A stretch of 35,236 nt of DNA from a virus. Its lineage: Duplodnaviria; Heunggongvirae; Uroviricota; Caudoviricetes. Location: IMG/VR virus record IMGVR_UViG_2724679058_000007, one strand, 5' to 3'. The notes under the pieces were generated by a model. It was not told the origin of the DNA. It searched no databases and saw nothing but the letters and a program-made list of their open reading frames with translations. The translations under genes and the position numbers were made by a program. Of the stretch, positions 8,336 through 17,439 are shown piece by piece. The first letter of the stretch is position 1. Every line of letters begins with the position of its first letter.

Positions 8336-10800
8336 CAGCTGTACCTCCTGCGTTGTTGCTGAGCCAGCAGACGCTCCAGCATTTTCTCCAGCTCATGCAG
8401 GCTCATATTCAGTGCGCCGGTCAGTCCGGCAGGCGCGGCTGTCTCTTTACCATTGAGGAAAAACTGAGGATTAAAGCTGACCTGGATACCGCCAGACGTT
8501 CCGCCACCGGACGCTGCTGCGCCACGGCCTGAATATCCCGCAGCCATGATTTCCGGCGACGGGATACGGGGAACATCCGGTGTCATTTCGGCGGCCAGGC
8601 GTTGACCAGCCAGTGCAGCAAGTGGTGTGGTGCGCTGCAGGCCGATAGCGGCACCCTGCGCGATGTTGTCACCAAAGCCTATAAACACGCGGCTCGGCGA
8701 ATGAATACCCAGCTTTTCCTTGAACCAGCCGCCGACGCTGTCGCCCATATCGGTTACGGTGGTTTTGAGCGACTCCCATTTGTTTTTGATGCCGTTTATC
8801 AGCCCGTCAATAAGATGACCACCGAAGTCGGTGAACTTCGCAGGCAGGTCAACGCCGAGATACTTCAGTGCAGCCGCAAAGGCTTTATAGAGCAAACCAA
8901 CCGGCGACCAGTTAATCAGCAGCTTACCAATCCCCACGACACCGCCATTAAACGCCTCTTTAATGTCAGCCCAGCGCTGTTTAAACCAGCTACTGACTGC
9001 GCCCCAGTTGCGATAAATAAGGTAAGCTGCTGCCGCGACGGCGGTGATGGCGAGACCAATGGGATTCATCAGCAGCGCCCGGCCAATCCAGAGAACGGCC
9101 CGCCCGGCGATCATAATGCCGCGAACCAGCCCACCTGACAGCACACCACCCAGTGTTCTGGCTCCTCTGGCGACGCCGCTGAAGCCGGTCACCAGCCAGC
9201 GGAGCTTACCGCCTTCACCGAGTGCAAGCGACAGTCGAAGCCAGTTGGCCCGCAGTAAAACGGCATTTTTCCAGACGTTAACAAAGGGGGAAATAAGGAG
9301 ATTCAGCCCCAGCTTGAGACCGATAGTGGCCATCTTGAAAGCGAGTAATGCTCCTACAACCTTTATGGTGCCGCTGACGATTTGCGGGTTTGCCGCTATC
9401 CATTTGCCGACACTGTCCATTAAAGGAATAAAAGTCTCACCCAGTTGGATCAAGGCCGGGCGTAGTGACTCACCAATGCTGATGGCTGCCTCGTTAAAAC
9501 CAATCTGAGTTCTGCGCCAACGACCTTCGAGCGTATTATTTTGTTTTGCAGCATCCTTATCCAGCGTAGACATTGCTGACGGGGTATTCATTTCCTGCTT
9601 GCTGGAAAGGTATTTATCCCAGCCCTGACGCATTGACAGTAAATGGTTAACGGTCTGAATATCAGTGAAGACTTCTGCCAGACCAAATGACTCCATTAGC
9701 TTCTGCTGGCCTTCCTGATCGCCTCTTGAGCCTGCTGCTTTCCATTGCTGTAAAAACGCCTTACCTTTACCGTCGATAAAACGGTTGGCAATCATCAGTG
9801 AGGCTTCATACTGTGAGAAGCCCTGAGCGACGTAATTCTGCATTGACCCCTGGTAATCCACCCCGGCTTTAGCATATTTCTGGATGGTATCTCCGCGTCC
9901 CATCGCCGCCAGCCAGTTTGACATATTGGTGACGGCCTCTTCCGCTGAGCCGCTGCCTTTACCAACTTCCAGACTGGCGACGATCTGGGTTATGGCATCT
10001 TTGCCGTAAATACCACGTGCAGCGAAGGCTTTGGCCATACCAGGTAACGCTTTCGCCATATCCTTCAGTTCAAACGAGCCTAGCTTAGCCCCAGTTGCCG
10101 CAATCCCAAACGCCTGCTCCAGTTCTTTGGCATCGGTAATTTTCAGTGCATCGCTAAAGGCGTAGGTCATTTTTGCGAGGTCAGTCATATCCGCTTTGGT
10201 GGCCGTGGCAGCTTTACCGAGCATCCCGGCAAAGGTCGCTGCCTGCTGCGGATTCATGCCATCGGCAACCAGTTGACCAACACCGCCCAACAGAGATTCC
10301 TGGAGCTGATTGACCTGCAGGGATGCCCGACGAATGGCAGTACCGATGGCCTGTTCCTGCCTTGAATCCAGATCACCAGTGACACTGATATCCCGCAACT
10401 GCGATTCAAACGAGGCATATTGTTTGACTGAGGCCATGACCGGTGCCCCCAGTGTTCTGCCGATGGCATAGGTTTCTGCTCCCTGGCCATAGAGTGCCAT
10501 GCGGTTAGCTTTCAGCGCGTCACTGGTGGCTGATACTGCTGACAGACGGCGCTGCTGGCGCTCAATTTGCTCCATTGTGCGACTTACCCGCAGCAGGTCG
10601 CTGTTGAGGCGCTGCATACGGGAAGAGCCTAACTGGCCATAACGTTCAGTTGCACGGGTTAAGGCATTCTGGCGTTCCTGCAGGCGGCGCGATGTATCGC
10701 CCAGGGAATCAAGGGCGCGTCGGGTACCGCTGACGGCAGAACGGAAGCTGCTCCCGACAATGCCGCCAATAATGACGCCGACTGAAAATTCACTGGCCAC
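8335..10800 (-). CDS. Tail tape measure protein
   Basis: 821 aa, alpha-helical/Ala-Gly-rich with hydrophobic central segments; probable GTG start with GAGGA upstream; positioned after the tail chaperone. Confidence 0.85.
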   Translation of the reverse strand: MASEFSVGVIIGGIVGSSFRSAVSGTRRALDSLGDTSRRLQERQNALTRATERYGQLGSSRMQRLNSDLLRVSRTMEQIERQQRRLSAVSATSDALKANRMALYGQGAETYAIGRTLGAPVMASVKQYASFESQLRDISVTGDLDSRQEQAIGTAIRRASLQVNQLQESLLGGVGQLVADGMNPQQAATFAGMLGKAATATKADMTDLAKMTYAFSDALKITDAKELEQAFGIAATGAKLGSFELKDMAKALPGMAKAFAARGIYGKDAITQIVASLEVGKGSGSAEEAVTNMSNWLAAMGRGDTIQKYAKAGVDYQGSMQNYVAQGFSQYEASLMIANRFIDGKGKAFLQQWKAAGSRGDQEGQQKLMESFGLAEVFTDIQTVNHLLSMRQGWDKYLSSKQEMNTPSAMSTLDKDAAKQNNTLEGRWRRTQIGFNEAAISIGESLRPALIQLGETFIPLMDSVGKWIAANPQIVSGTIKVVGALLAFKMATIGLKLGLNLLISPFVNVWKNAVLLRANWLRLSLALGEGGKLRWLVTGFSGVARGARTLGGVLSGGLVRGIMIAGRAVLWIGRALLMNPIGLAITAVAAAAYLIYRNWGAVSSWFKQRWADIKEAFNGGVVGIGKLLINWSPVGLLYKAFAAALKYLGVDLPAKFTDFGGHLIDGLINGIKNKWESLKTTVTDMGDSVGGWFKEKLGIHSPSRVFIGFGDNIAQGAAIGLQRTTPLAALAGQRLAAEMTPDVPRIPSPEIMAAGYSGRGAAASGGGTSGGIQVSFNPQFFLNGKETAAPAGLTGALNMSLHELEKMLERLLAQQQRRRYS

Positions 10801-10892
10801 GGTTGTTATCCTCTGAAAGCGGAAAAACGGAAGGAAAATGTCTGAGAGCCATGCAGAACAGCCGCGAGGGGCGGCTGTTAAGTGATGAGTCG

Positions 10893-11000
10893 TTACTGAT
10901 TGTCGCCGAACTCGCTTTTGATTTGCTCTTCAGCCTGCTCCAGCCACATCTCCAGATCGTCAGTATCGAGGGCATCAATCTCCCCCGGCTGAAATCTAAA
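10893..11000 (-). CDS. Possible frameshift extension of the tail assembly chaperone (E'-like)
   Basis: The +1 frame stays open across the chaperone stop and encodes ...LARWFRFQPGEIDALDTDDLEMWLEQAEEQIKSEFGDNQ. No canonical slippery heptamer identified. Confidence 0.3.
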   Translation of the reverse strand, partial: FRFQPGEIDALDTDDLEMWLEQAEEQIKSEFGDNQ

Positions 11001-11310
11001 CCACCTCGCCAGCAGCCCCTGCGCCTGCATCAGCGTTTTCGTCGCTCTTGCCCAGCCCAGTGACTTGCTGAAATCGTTTCTGCAGCTCCATGTAATCGGC
11101 AAGATCCATGTTATCGAGGTCTTCGGGGAGAATACCGGTGCTACGGGCAATGAGCGGCTCGTCCCAGTCAGCCGGGTCTTTACTGATTTTGCGCACCTGC
11201 TTCAGGTCTTTGACCGTCAGGCGTTTCAGTTCAACCTGCTCAACTCTGGTGCCTGCTGCGGTGGTGAAGGGGTAAGACAGCTTAAAAGTATCGGATTGGG
11301 TCTGTGACAT
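10996..11310 (-). CDS. Tail assembly chaperone (P2 gpE-like)
   Basis: 104 aa with ...ILPEDLDNMDLADYMELQKRFQQVTG, resembling gpE-type chaperones; located between tube and tape measure genes. Confidence 0.65.
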   Translation of the reverse strand: MSQTQSDTFKLSYPFTTAAGTRVEQVELKRLTVKDLKQVRKISKDPADWDEPLIARSTGILPEDLDNMDLADYMELQKRFQQVTGLGKSDENADAGAGAAGEVV

Positions 11311-11386
11311 GATCGTGCTCCTGTGTAAGTTCAGAGCAGTATGTCTGGAGGTGGACGTGACGGATATTAAAGGGGATTAAGAAGAA

Positions 11387-11402
11387 AGGGGCCGAAGCCC
11401 CT
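11387..11402 (-). terminator. Rho-independent terminator (minus strand)
   Basis: Minus-strand RNA AGGGGCUUCGGCCCCU (6-bp GC stem, UUCG loop) followed by UUCUUCUU, just after the stop of ORF 11409..11690. Confidence 0.7.
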
Positions 11403-11408
11403 GTGATA

Positions 11409-11690
11409 TCAGTGAGTGCGAAAGCCTTTGCAGTTACGCAGGAAGGCGATAAGAAGCGCCTTTCCTTCAGATTTGCCGATGCCGGTGAACCAGTGGTCAG
11501 GTGGCTCCCATGCCTCAATCAGGTCAGCGAGCTTCCGTGCTTTAGAGCGGGTGCAGTCAATCGGGTCATTGGTTTTCTGGGTATTAAAAAGGTTTTCCAC
11601 CCCCGGAATATCAAGGATGGTAAACCACGTACCATTTCCCATGCCAATCGAACCACAGTTCCTGCCTTTATCTTCAATCTCGACGGTCAC
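11409..11690 (-). CDS. Hypothetical protein (93 aa) between tail tube and tail chaperone genes
   Basis: ORF MTVEIEDKGRNCGSIGMGNGTWFTILDIPGVENLFNTQKTNDPIDCTRSKARKLADLIEAWEPPDHWFTGIGKSEGKALLIAFLRNCKGFRTH; tightly spaced after the tube gene; no family recognised. Confidence 0.5.
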   Translation of the reverse strand: MTVEIEDKGRNCGSIGMGNGTWFTILDIPGVENLFNTQKTNDPIDCTRSKARKLADLIEAWEPPDHWFTGIGKSEGKALLIAFLRNCKGFRTH

Positions 11691-11692
11691 CG

Positions 11693-12214
11693 TCAGCCCC
11701 CGATATTGATGCGGTAGTCAGTCAACTGGTCAACGCCGCCGACTCGGAAGATGTTGGCCAGATAGTCCAGCTCCAGCAGCTCTTCACCATCCAGTACCTG
11801 CTTGATGTACGTGCAGGTGAAGCTGCTAGAGAACTCGGCGTTCTCGTGCTGTTTGAACGTCCCCAGCGGGTTCTTCTTGAACATGATCGTCAGGAATGTG
11901 ACCAGCGGGATTTCGTCAATCAGCCCCTGCGAACTGTAGCGCTGGACGCTGGAACGGCACTGCAGCGCCAGCGACTTATACGGGTTCGCAGCAGACAGCA
12001 TCGCGTCGCGGTAAAAGCTGTTCCACTTGATCTCACCCTCCAGCTTGTCGAAGCCTGCCGGGAGTTCCACTTTGCCCACCATCCCCAGCGCCTTATGCTC
12101 CTGCATGGTCATGGAGACGTCCGGGAGTTTGACCTCCTCGGCCCGGCCCAGCAGGTTAGCGCCATCCAGGTAGATGTTGGCATTCGTGATGCGGTTGATC
12201 TCAATCTTTGCCAT
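11693..12214 (-). CDS. Tail tube protein
   Basis: 173 aa, MAKIEINRITNANIYLDGANLLGRAEEVKLPDVSMTMQEHKALGMVGKVELPAGFDKLEGEIKWNSFYRD; directly after the sheath gene. Confidence 0.85.
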   Translation of the reverse strand: MAKIEINRITNANIYLDGANLLGRAEEVKLPDVSMTMQEHKALGMVGKVELPAGFDKLEGEIKWNSFYRDAMLSAANPYKSLALQCRSSVQRYSSQGLIDEIPLVTFLTIMFKKNPLGTFKQHENAEFSSSFTCTYIKQVLDGEELLELDYLANIFRVGGVDQLTDYRINIGG

Positions 12215-13641
12215 CAGCTATTCCCCTTCAGGGTTAACAGATATTCCGAGGTGATCTCGGTCTCAAACGTCAGTCGCTCCAGCGGTGGTGGTGGCGTGTA
12301 TTTGTAGCTCAGCAACAGGTGACCGGCGGCAAGCTCCGTCTCTTCGTTGCGGGCCGGATCAAACCAGCAGCTGAAGCCCAGCAGCGCACCGTCGCCAATC
12401 AGCTTGCGACCGTAGGCGTTGACCGACTCCGTCAGCGCATCAATCAGCGCCTGGGTAATCGGCATGTCGATGTACTGCTGGCTGAAGTAACGCAGGGACT
12501 CGTTGATCACATCACCGGTACGGCGAACGTTCTCAAAGTTGCGCATATGGGTGACCGTTGGCCATGCCGCCATACGGTTGCCCCACAGACGCAGGCCGCT
12601 GCCGTAGCTGCTGAAGACCGTGGTGATGCCCTGTTCGTTGAGCAGGTTCACCTCGCTCTGCGGGTCGTCAATCATTGCCGACAGCTGGCGCTCCACGCCG
12701 GTGATACCCAGAATTTCCTGGTTGGAGGACGACCACCAGTAGCCCTTGTCCAGGTCGACTTTGGCACGCAGACCTGCAGCACGCTGGCTCAGCGGCTCCA
12801 GCCGTTCGCTGTTGGTGGCCGCGTCGTACACCTTGACGTGCGGGTAGCACAGACGGACGCGGTCGGAGCTGGTGTTGAAGTTAATGGTGCCTTCCGGGCC
12901 ACGCCCCGCCAGAGCCTGCGCAAAAGTGGTACCAATCGGCGCGTCGATGTAGGTCACCGCGCCCAGCTTCTCAGCCATGGCGATAAGCTCAACCGAGACG
13001 CTGTTCTGGGTGCAGAAGACCGGGGCAATCAGTATTTTTGCGAAGTAGCCAAACAGGTTGAAGCTGTCGTTAAGCAGCTTCATGCCGGTACGGTTGCCCG
13101 CAGCGTTAACGGCACCGATGATATCAGCCGGGGTGACTTTAGTTGGATCAGCATAGTTATAGCTGGCCTTCACCGTTGCATCTGCGGCAATGCTCTTACC
13201 AAGGTTGGTAATCACTCCGGTCTGTGCATCAAGCGAGTAGTCCTGACCTTCCACATAAGGCTGGCCATCGCTGTCCGGTTTCAGTACCAGCTGCGCGACC
13301 ACCGGATTAGCCAGCTGTGCCTTGCCCGTCGCCTTGTCGAACGTTACATCTTCATCGGCCACAGCGGTTTTATGCACAGCCGGATCAAGCACGTTAATGA
13401 CCAGAACGGTGCCTGCCCCATGGTCGTAGATCGCATCCAGCGCCTGCGGAATGGTAAAACCGGTGAGCTGGCTGCCAAACGCCGCTGCATCTTTCTCAGA
13501 CAGGCACTGCACCAGCGTATTGACGTCCCCCATCGGGGCGGTACCAATCAGGCCAATGACGGCAGACTTCACCGTTTTTACCGGGCGGGCACCGTTTTCC
13601 ACCTCAATGGTTTCGACGCCATGCAGATAGTTAGCTGCCAT
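12214..13641 (-). CDS. Contractile tail sheath protein
   Basis: 475 aa, MAANYLHGVETIEVENGARPVKTVKSAVIGLIGTAP; size and synteny. Confidence 0.85.
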   Translation of the reverse strand: MAANYLHGVETIEVENGARPVKTVKSAVIGLIGTAPMGDVNTLVQCLSEKDAAAFGSQLTGFTIPQALDAIYDHGAGTVLVINVLDPAVHKTAVADEDVTFDKATGKAQLANPVVAQLVLKPDSDGQPYVEGQDYSLDAQTGVITNLGKSIAADATVKASYNYADPTKVTPADIIGAVNAAGNRTGMKLLNDSFNLFGYFAKILIAPVFCTQNSVSVELIAMAEKLGAVTYIDAPIGTTFAQALAGRGPEGTINFNTSSDRVRLCYPHVKVYDAATNSERLEPLSQRAAGLRAKVDLDKGYWWSSSNQEILGITGVERQLSAMIDDPQSEVNLLNEQGITTVFSSYGSGLRLWGNRMAAWPTVTHMRNFENVRRTGDVINESLRYFSQQYIDMPITQALIDALTESVNAYGRKLIGDGALLGFSCWFDPARNEETELAAGHLLLSYKYTPPPPLERLTFETEITSEYLLTLKGNS

Positions 13642-13885
13642 GGGAGTCCTCCGTTTTCACATCGTTGTCGCCGGCGTTCCTGCGCTTTGGTGACTGCACA
13701 ACCGGTGTGCTGGCGGGTTTAGTCTCTTCAGATACCGGTGTCAGATGCTTCAGCGCCACCAGTACCTTCACATAGTCATGCTCCTCCGGCAGGGAAACAT
13801 TCTTCCCCGGCCAGAGCAGGATTTCGGTTCCGTCCGACAGCGTGACGCCGCTGGCCGGGCCGGAATAGCGGTATTCTTTCATCAC
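13631..13885 (-). CDS. Small phage protein (Mu gp38-like position)
   Basis: 84 aa ORF between the gp37-like and sheath genes. Confidence 0.45.
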   Translation of the reverse strand: MMKEYRYSGPASGVTLSDGTEILLWPGKNVSLPEEHDYVKVLVALKHLTPVSEETKPASTPVVQSPKRRNAGDNDVKTEDSHGS

Positions 13886-14346
13886 TCGCTTTCCTCATAG
13901 TTCACTTCGGTTAACAGCGGGCCGGACGGTAAATCGCTGTCTTCGATAAAGACGCTTTCAGTGGCAAAGTCGAGGGCGTACTGCCACAGCCCCTTGACCT
14001 CACCGATAAACACCTCGCGGGTCAGCCAGATGCGACGGCGGCAGTTCGGCGGGGTGTAGCCACCGAGGATGCGACGGACTGCATCCAGAACGTCAATCGC
14101 GCCTCTTTTACCGTTGAGCTGGCGGAAAACTACCGTGACGCAGAGCTGGATAGTCTGAGTCTGGAGCACCGCACCGATATCATTCGGCTTATCGAAGCGC
14201 GACCCGGCATAGCTCACCAGCAGCGCCCCAACCGGATGATTCAGGCGATACTCAGCCGGTTTCTCCGGGAAGTACTCCACCTGCAGCTGCGGCAGCTTCT
14301 CCCGTAACCGGGTCAGTACTGCATCGAGGACGGGCAGAACGTTCAT
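13882..14346 (-). CDS. Phage virion protein (Mu gp37-like position)
   Basis: 154 aa; synteny. Confidence 0.5.
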   Translation of the reverse strand: MNVLPVLDAVLTRLREKLPQLQVEYFPEKPAEYRLNHPVGALLVSYAGSRFDKPNDIGAVLQTQTIQLCVTVVFRQLNGKRGAIDVLDAVRRILGGYTPPNCRRRIWLTREVFIGEVKGLWQYALDFATESVFIEDSDLPSGPLLTEVNYEESE

Positions 14347-14792
14347 CAGTATTTCTCCAGTAAGCCATCGCGCCCGCCAAAGGTGGGGCGACGTGCCCGC
14401 GCCCGGATTTCACCGGACTCAGGCACGTCTTTTTGAGTGGACTGCAGCCCCAGCGTCAGCTTGTTGTCACGCAACCCCTCCAGCTGTCGCCGGGCCTCTT
14501 TGTGGTCATCCTTCACGGTATCCGGGACAGCCCCTTCCGGGCGGCGGGTGTAGAGCCGGTAACGCACCAGCGTGATGGCAATGTCCCGCAGAACGGTCGG
14601 TATCTCCGCCAGCGGCAGGGTATAGCGTCCGCGCAGATGGGCATCAATCAGTTCATCGGCATAGCGAATACAGCTGTCCACCACCTCAGTTTTCACCGTC
14701 GCGGGCGAGTCGAAGTCCAGCTCCTCATTGGTGAGCTGGATTAGCGTCCGCTCAGGAACCTGTTCAAGCAAATCCGCGAGGGTGCAGTACAT
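14346..14792 (-). CDS. Head-tail connector-like protein (Mu gp36-like)
   Basis: Start taken at MYCTLADLLEQVPERTLIQLTNEELD rather than the longer track ORF, which would overlap the upstream gene. Confidence 0.5.
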   Translation of the reverse strand: MYCTLADLLEQVPERTLIQLTNEELDFDSPATVKTEVVDSCIRYADELIDAHLRGRYTLPLAEIPTVLRDIAITLVRYRLYTRRPEGAVPDTVKDDHKEARRQLEGLRDNKLTLGLQSTQKDVPESGEIRARARRPTFGGRDGLLEKY

Positions 14793-14793
14793 A

Positions 14794-15150
14794 TCACACC
14801 CCGCGCAGGATACGGATAACGTCACCTTCGGCCAGCGCCTCATCCAGCGCAATCCCGGCAGAAATGCCCGCCGGGGTCTCGCCCAATGCGGCTGTCTGGG
14901 GAACGGCGCAGGCATTCTCATCCGACTGGACGTTCTGCCCTTTAGCAATCGCAGCACCAGCCTCGACGGCAACAATACCCAGTACGTTGACCGGCGTTAC
15001 ATCACCGGCAGCAGCATCCACCTCTGCCACACCGAGCGCCACGGCACCGGCCTGACAGGGGCCATTATCGGCACCGACAAAGCGCTGTTGCGTCAGCGCC
15101 GCGCTGGCCGTCACGGTGGTGGTCAGAATGACCTGTTGAGTTGTACCCAT
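14794..15150 (-). CDS. Small head-associated protein (Ala/Gly/Val-rich)
   Basis: 118 aa, immediately downstream of the major capsid gene. Confidence 0.45.
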   Translation of the reverse strand: MGTTQQVILTTTVTASAALTQQRFVGADNGPCQAGAVALGVAEVDAAAGDVTPVNVLGIVAVEAGAAIAKGQNVQSDENACAVPQTAALGETPAGISAGIALDEALAEGDVIRILRGV

Positions 15151-15160
15151 GACCGTCTCC

Positions 15161-16114
15161 TTATTTCACGATGTTGGTGACGAGATACCCGGCATCGCCA
15201 CCGACCACGGCGACTTTGTAGATATCGGTATAACGGCAGTACTTCACTTTGCCGCCGACACCGTCGTATTTATCCGCCACCGGCATCCCTTTACGGCGCA
15301 GGGTGTAACCGAATGACGGCTCGTTTTCGTCGGCGCTGTCGGTGCCTGGTTGCGGTTTGCCAACGTAATGCAGCATCAGGTTGTCACCCCAGATATCGGT
15401 CGGGACTTTGTCCTTGTTCTGCGCGTCTTTCATGGAGGCCATGGAGACCGGCTCGCCGATCGCCACATCTTCCAGTTGGAAAAGGTCTTTCAGAATTTCG
15501 ATGGTGATACGCTTGCGCTCGTTGGCACCAATCGCGGCCTGAATCGCCGGGTGGAACTTCAGCAGCGACATCACGCTGGCCCCCATGGTCATCAGGTTCG
15601 GACGCAGGCCGGTGGCGTTACGCACCGCTTCGATCCCGCCTTCAATGATGCCAATCGGGTCACCCTTGCCACCGCCCCAGCGGTCAGCCGCAGCCAGCGC
15701 TTTGACGTTAGCCGCGCGATAGACGTTTTTGTCCTGGGCCAGACGGGCCGCATACAGTTCGCGCTTCAGGTTGACGCCGCTCGTCACACGGCGAATGGCT
15801 TTGGCCTCTTCGTTGAACATCGACTCCGCCTGCTCGCGATAGTCCACCGGCGCAGCCAGATCGTGCTCGTTGAGAACCAGGTCCAGCTTGCCGGTTTTCT
15901 CGCGCACCAGAACGTTACTGTCAGCCCCCACGGCACGCTCGGTGTCGTACTCCACAAAAGCGGATTTACCGAAGGTCGGCACGGTCACACCTTCCTTATC
16001 GGTAAGGACAATGGGGAAGATGCGTTCGCCGATGAACGCGGCATTTTTATAACCGCGTGCGATGCTGGTCAGCACCGGGTCAACGACGCGCTTACCCTTT
16101 AAATAGTCAGACAT
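15161..16114 (-). CDS. Major capsid protein (Mu T-like)
   Basis: 317 aa, MSDYLKGKRVVDPVLTSIARGYKNAAFIGERIFPIVLTDKEG...; follows the protease/scaffold gene. Confidence 0.8.
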   Translation of the reverse strand: MSDYLKGKRVVDPVLTSIARGYKNAAFIGERIFPIVLTDKEGVTVPTFGKSAFVEYDTERAVGADSNVLVREKTGKLDLVLNEHDLAAPVDYREQAESMFNEEAKAIRRVTSGVNLKRELYAARLAQDKNVYRAANVKALAAADRWGGGKGDPIGIIEGGIEAVRNATGLRPNLMTMGASVMSLLKFHPAIQAAIGANERKRITIEILKDLFQLEDVAIGEPVSMASMKDAQNKDKVPTDIWGDNLMLHYVGKPQPGTDSADENEPSFGYTLRRKGMPVADKYDGVGGKVKYCRYTDIYKVAVVGGDAGYLVTNIVK

Positions 16115-16127
16115 GTTCTCTCCTTAA

Positions 16128-17225
16128 TTACAGGCAGCGGGAGACAGCAGCGTCGTAGCTGATGCCTTCTTTTTTCGACAGTTCCAGCGCTTTCTGATGC
16201 AGCGCCAGACGTTCCGGGTCGGCTTCAGCAAACTCCGCTGACGTCGTTTTGATATCCGTGTTCACGCGGTCTTTGGTCGCGTGCTCACTGAAATTCAGTA
16301 CCGGATCAGTGCTGTCCAGCAGCGTCTTAAACGCCGTGGCCAGCGGGGTGCGGGTATCGCCTTCAGCAAACTCAACCGGCTTGTCACCTGCAGAAACCGC
16401 GTCCAGGATGGCCACGACTACCGACTTCGCTTTGGGGGCCAGGCGGCCATCGCCAACCAGCTTCTCGGCAAAGGAGACGTTCTCCGCGTGCAGTTTGTCC
16501 TGCTTGCTCTTCGCTTCCTGTTCTGCCCGCTGGGTGGCTTCCGCTTTCAGACGTGTGTTTTCCGCCTGAAGCGCTTTGATTTCTTCTTCAGTCATGGTGC
16601 TGTTCTCTTGTTGAGGGTTGGGATTGTGCTCACTGAAGTCCGGTTCAGACTTCCCGGTGTCGCGGTAAGCCTCTTCACGCAGGGAGTCCACCTGCCATGA
16701 AGGAAGCACCTTATCGGTCTCGTCCAGCCCGAACTGAGCAATCAGAAAATCGCGCAGACGGCCCCATAAAGAGGCATTGGTGATATCACTCCAGTCGGCA
16801 AACTCCACGACGCCTTCTTCTTTCTCACCAAACGAAACCTGCTTCAGCCCCTTAATGGAAGGTGGCTGCGCCCCCAGAAAGCCGACATGACGCAGGTAAA
16901 GCGTGCCGGGCTTCGGGTTGTTCGGTGAGTCAGGGAGATAGAACGAGGCGGAGACCTTCTTGAAGCGTCCGTTGCCCACCAGTTCGGCAAACTGCGGGTC
17001 GAGCTGGTCAGGCTCTGCCAGCAGATCGCCGCCGTTAAGCGACAGGGACTTCACCCAGCCCCACGCCGGGTCTTCCGTTTTTGGGTGGCCAATAACGAGT
17101 GGTGCTTCATGGACGGACGGGTCATAGGCTTTCACGCAGGCGGCAAGATCGCTTTGCGTGAACGGCAGTTTCGTGCCGTGCATATCGGTATGAGTACCGG
17201 CTTTAAAAATGTGAATGGCTGGCAT
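16128..17225 (-). CDS. Head maturation protease / scaffold protein (Mu I-like)
   Basis: 365 aa with an acidic coiled-coil C-terminal half (EEEIKALQAENTRLKAEATQRAEQEAKSKQDKLHAEN); synteny. Confidence 0.75.
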   Translation of the reverse strand: MPAIHIFKAGTHTDMHGTKLPFTQSDLAACVKAYDPSVHEAPLVIGHPKTEDPAWGWVKSLSLNGGDLLAEPDQLDPQFAELVGNGRFKKVSASFYLPDSPNNPKPGTLYLRHVGFLGAQPPSIKGLKQVSFGEKEEGVVEFADWSDITNASLWGRLRDFLIAQFGLDETDKVLPSWQVDSLREEAYRDTGKSEPDFSEHNPNPQQENSTMTEEEIKALQAENTRLKAEATQRAEQEAKSKQDKLHAENVSFAEKLVGDGRLAPKAKSVVVAILDAVSAGDKPVEFAEGDTRTPLATAFKTLLDSTDPVLNFSEHATKDRVNTDIKTTSAEFAEADPERLALHQKALELSKKEGISYDAAVSRCL

Positions 17226-17439
17226 TTTGCTGTCCCGCGTTACGTTGTCGGGGACAGTCTGTGGAAAAAGCGTCAGCGGCGCTTTTAATCTGCTTTAGAA
17301 AAAATCGGGGGTATCAGTACGGGGAATGTCACGCTGCAGGCGAATAGTGGTGCAAAGCGGGGGCTGTAAAGCCTTTATAAAGGTAATACAGCCCCTCAGC
17401 GGCTGGCAATGATAAATCACCCGCCTGTAGAGACAAAAC
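17226..17439 (-). promoter_or_regulatory. Structured intergenic spacer between G-like and I-like genes; candidate late promoter/regulatory region
   Basis: Contains an imperfect 36-bp palindrome (17359-17395: GGGGCTGTA..CCTTTATAAAGG..TACAGCCCC), a hairpin AAAAGCG/CGCTTTT (17265-17286), and a stem CTGTCCC/GGGACAG (17230-17257) next to the I-gene start. Confidence 0.4.

Noticed and set aside
12319-13722. 467-aa plus-strand ORF antisense to the tail sheath gene
   Set aside because: Arg/Gly/Val-rich, low-complexity translation typical of a shadow frame opposite a GC-rich real gene; the minus-strand sheath ORF has clear protein-like sequence and synteny.
14346-14975. Long 209-aa form of the gp36-like ORF
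   Set aside because: The N-terminal 61 codons overlap the upstream gene 14794..15150 in another frame and are Arg/Pro-rich; the internal ATG at MYCTLADL gives a size and spacing consistent with neighbours.
15350-16102. 250-aa plus-strand ORF antisense to the major capsid gene
   Set aside because: Shadow ORF; the same applies to 6658..7212, 8602..9138, 9044..9508, 23491..24345, 29620..30141 and 31208..32058, all inside confidently assigned genes on the opposite strand.
17226-17439. Possibility that the G-I spacer encodes a small protein (track ORFs 17295..17516 and 17409..17600)
   Set aside because: These ORFs overlap the G gene or the palindromes and have no RBS; the spacer is better explained as regulatory RNA/DNA structure.
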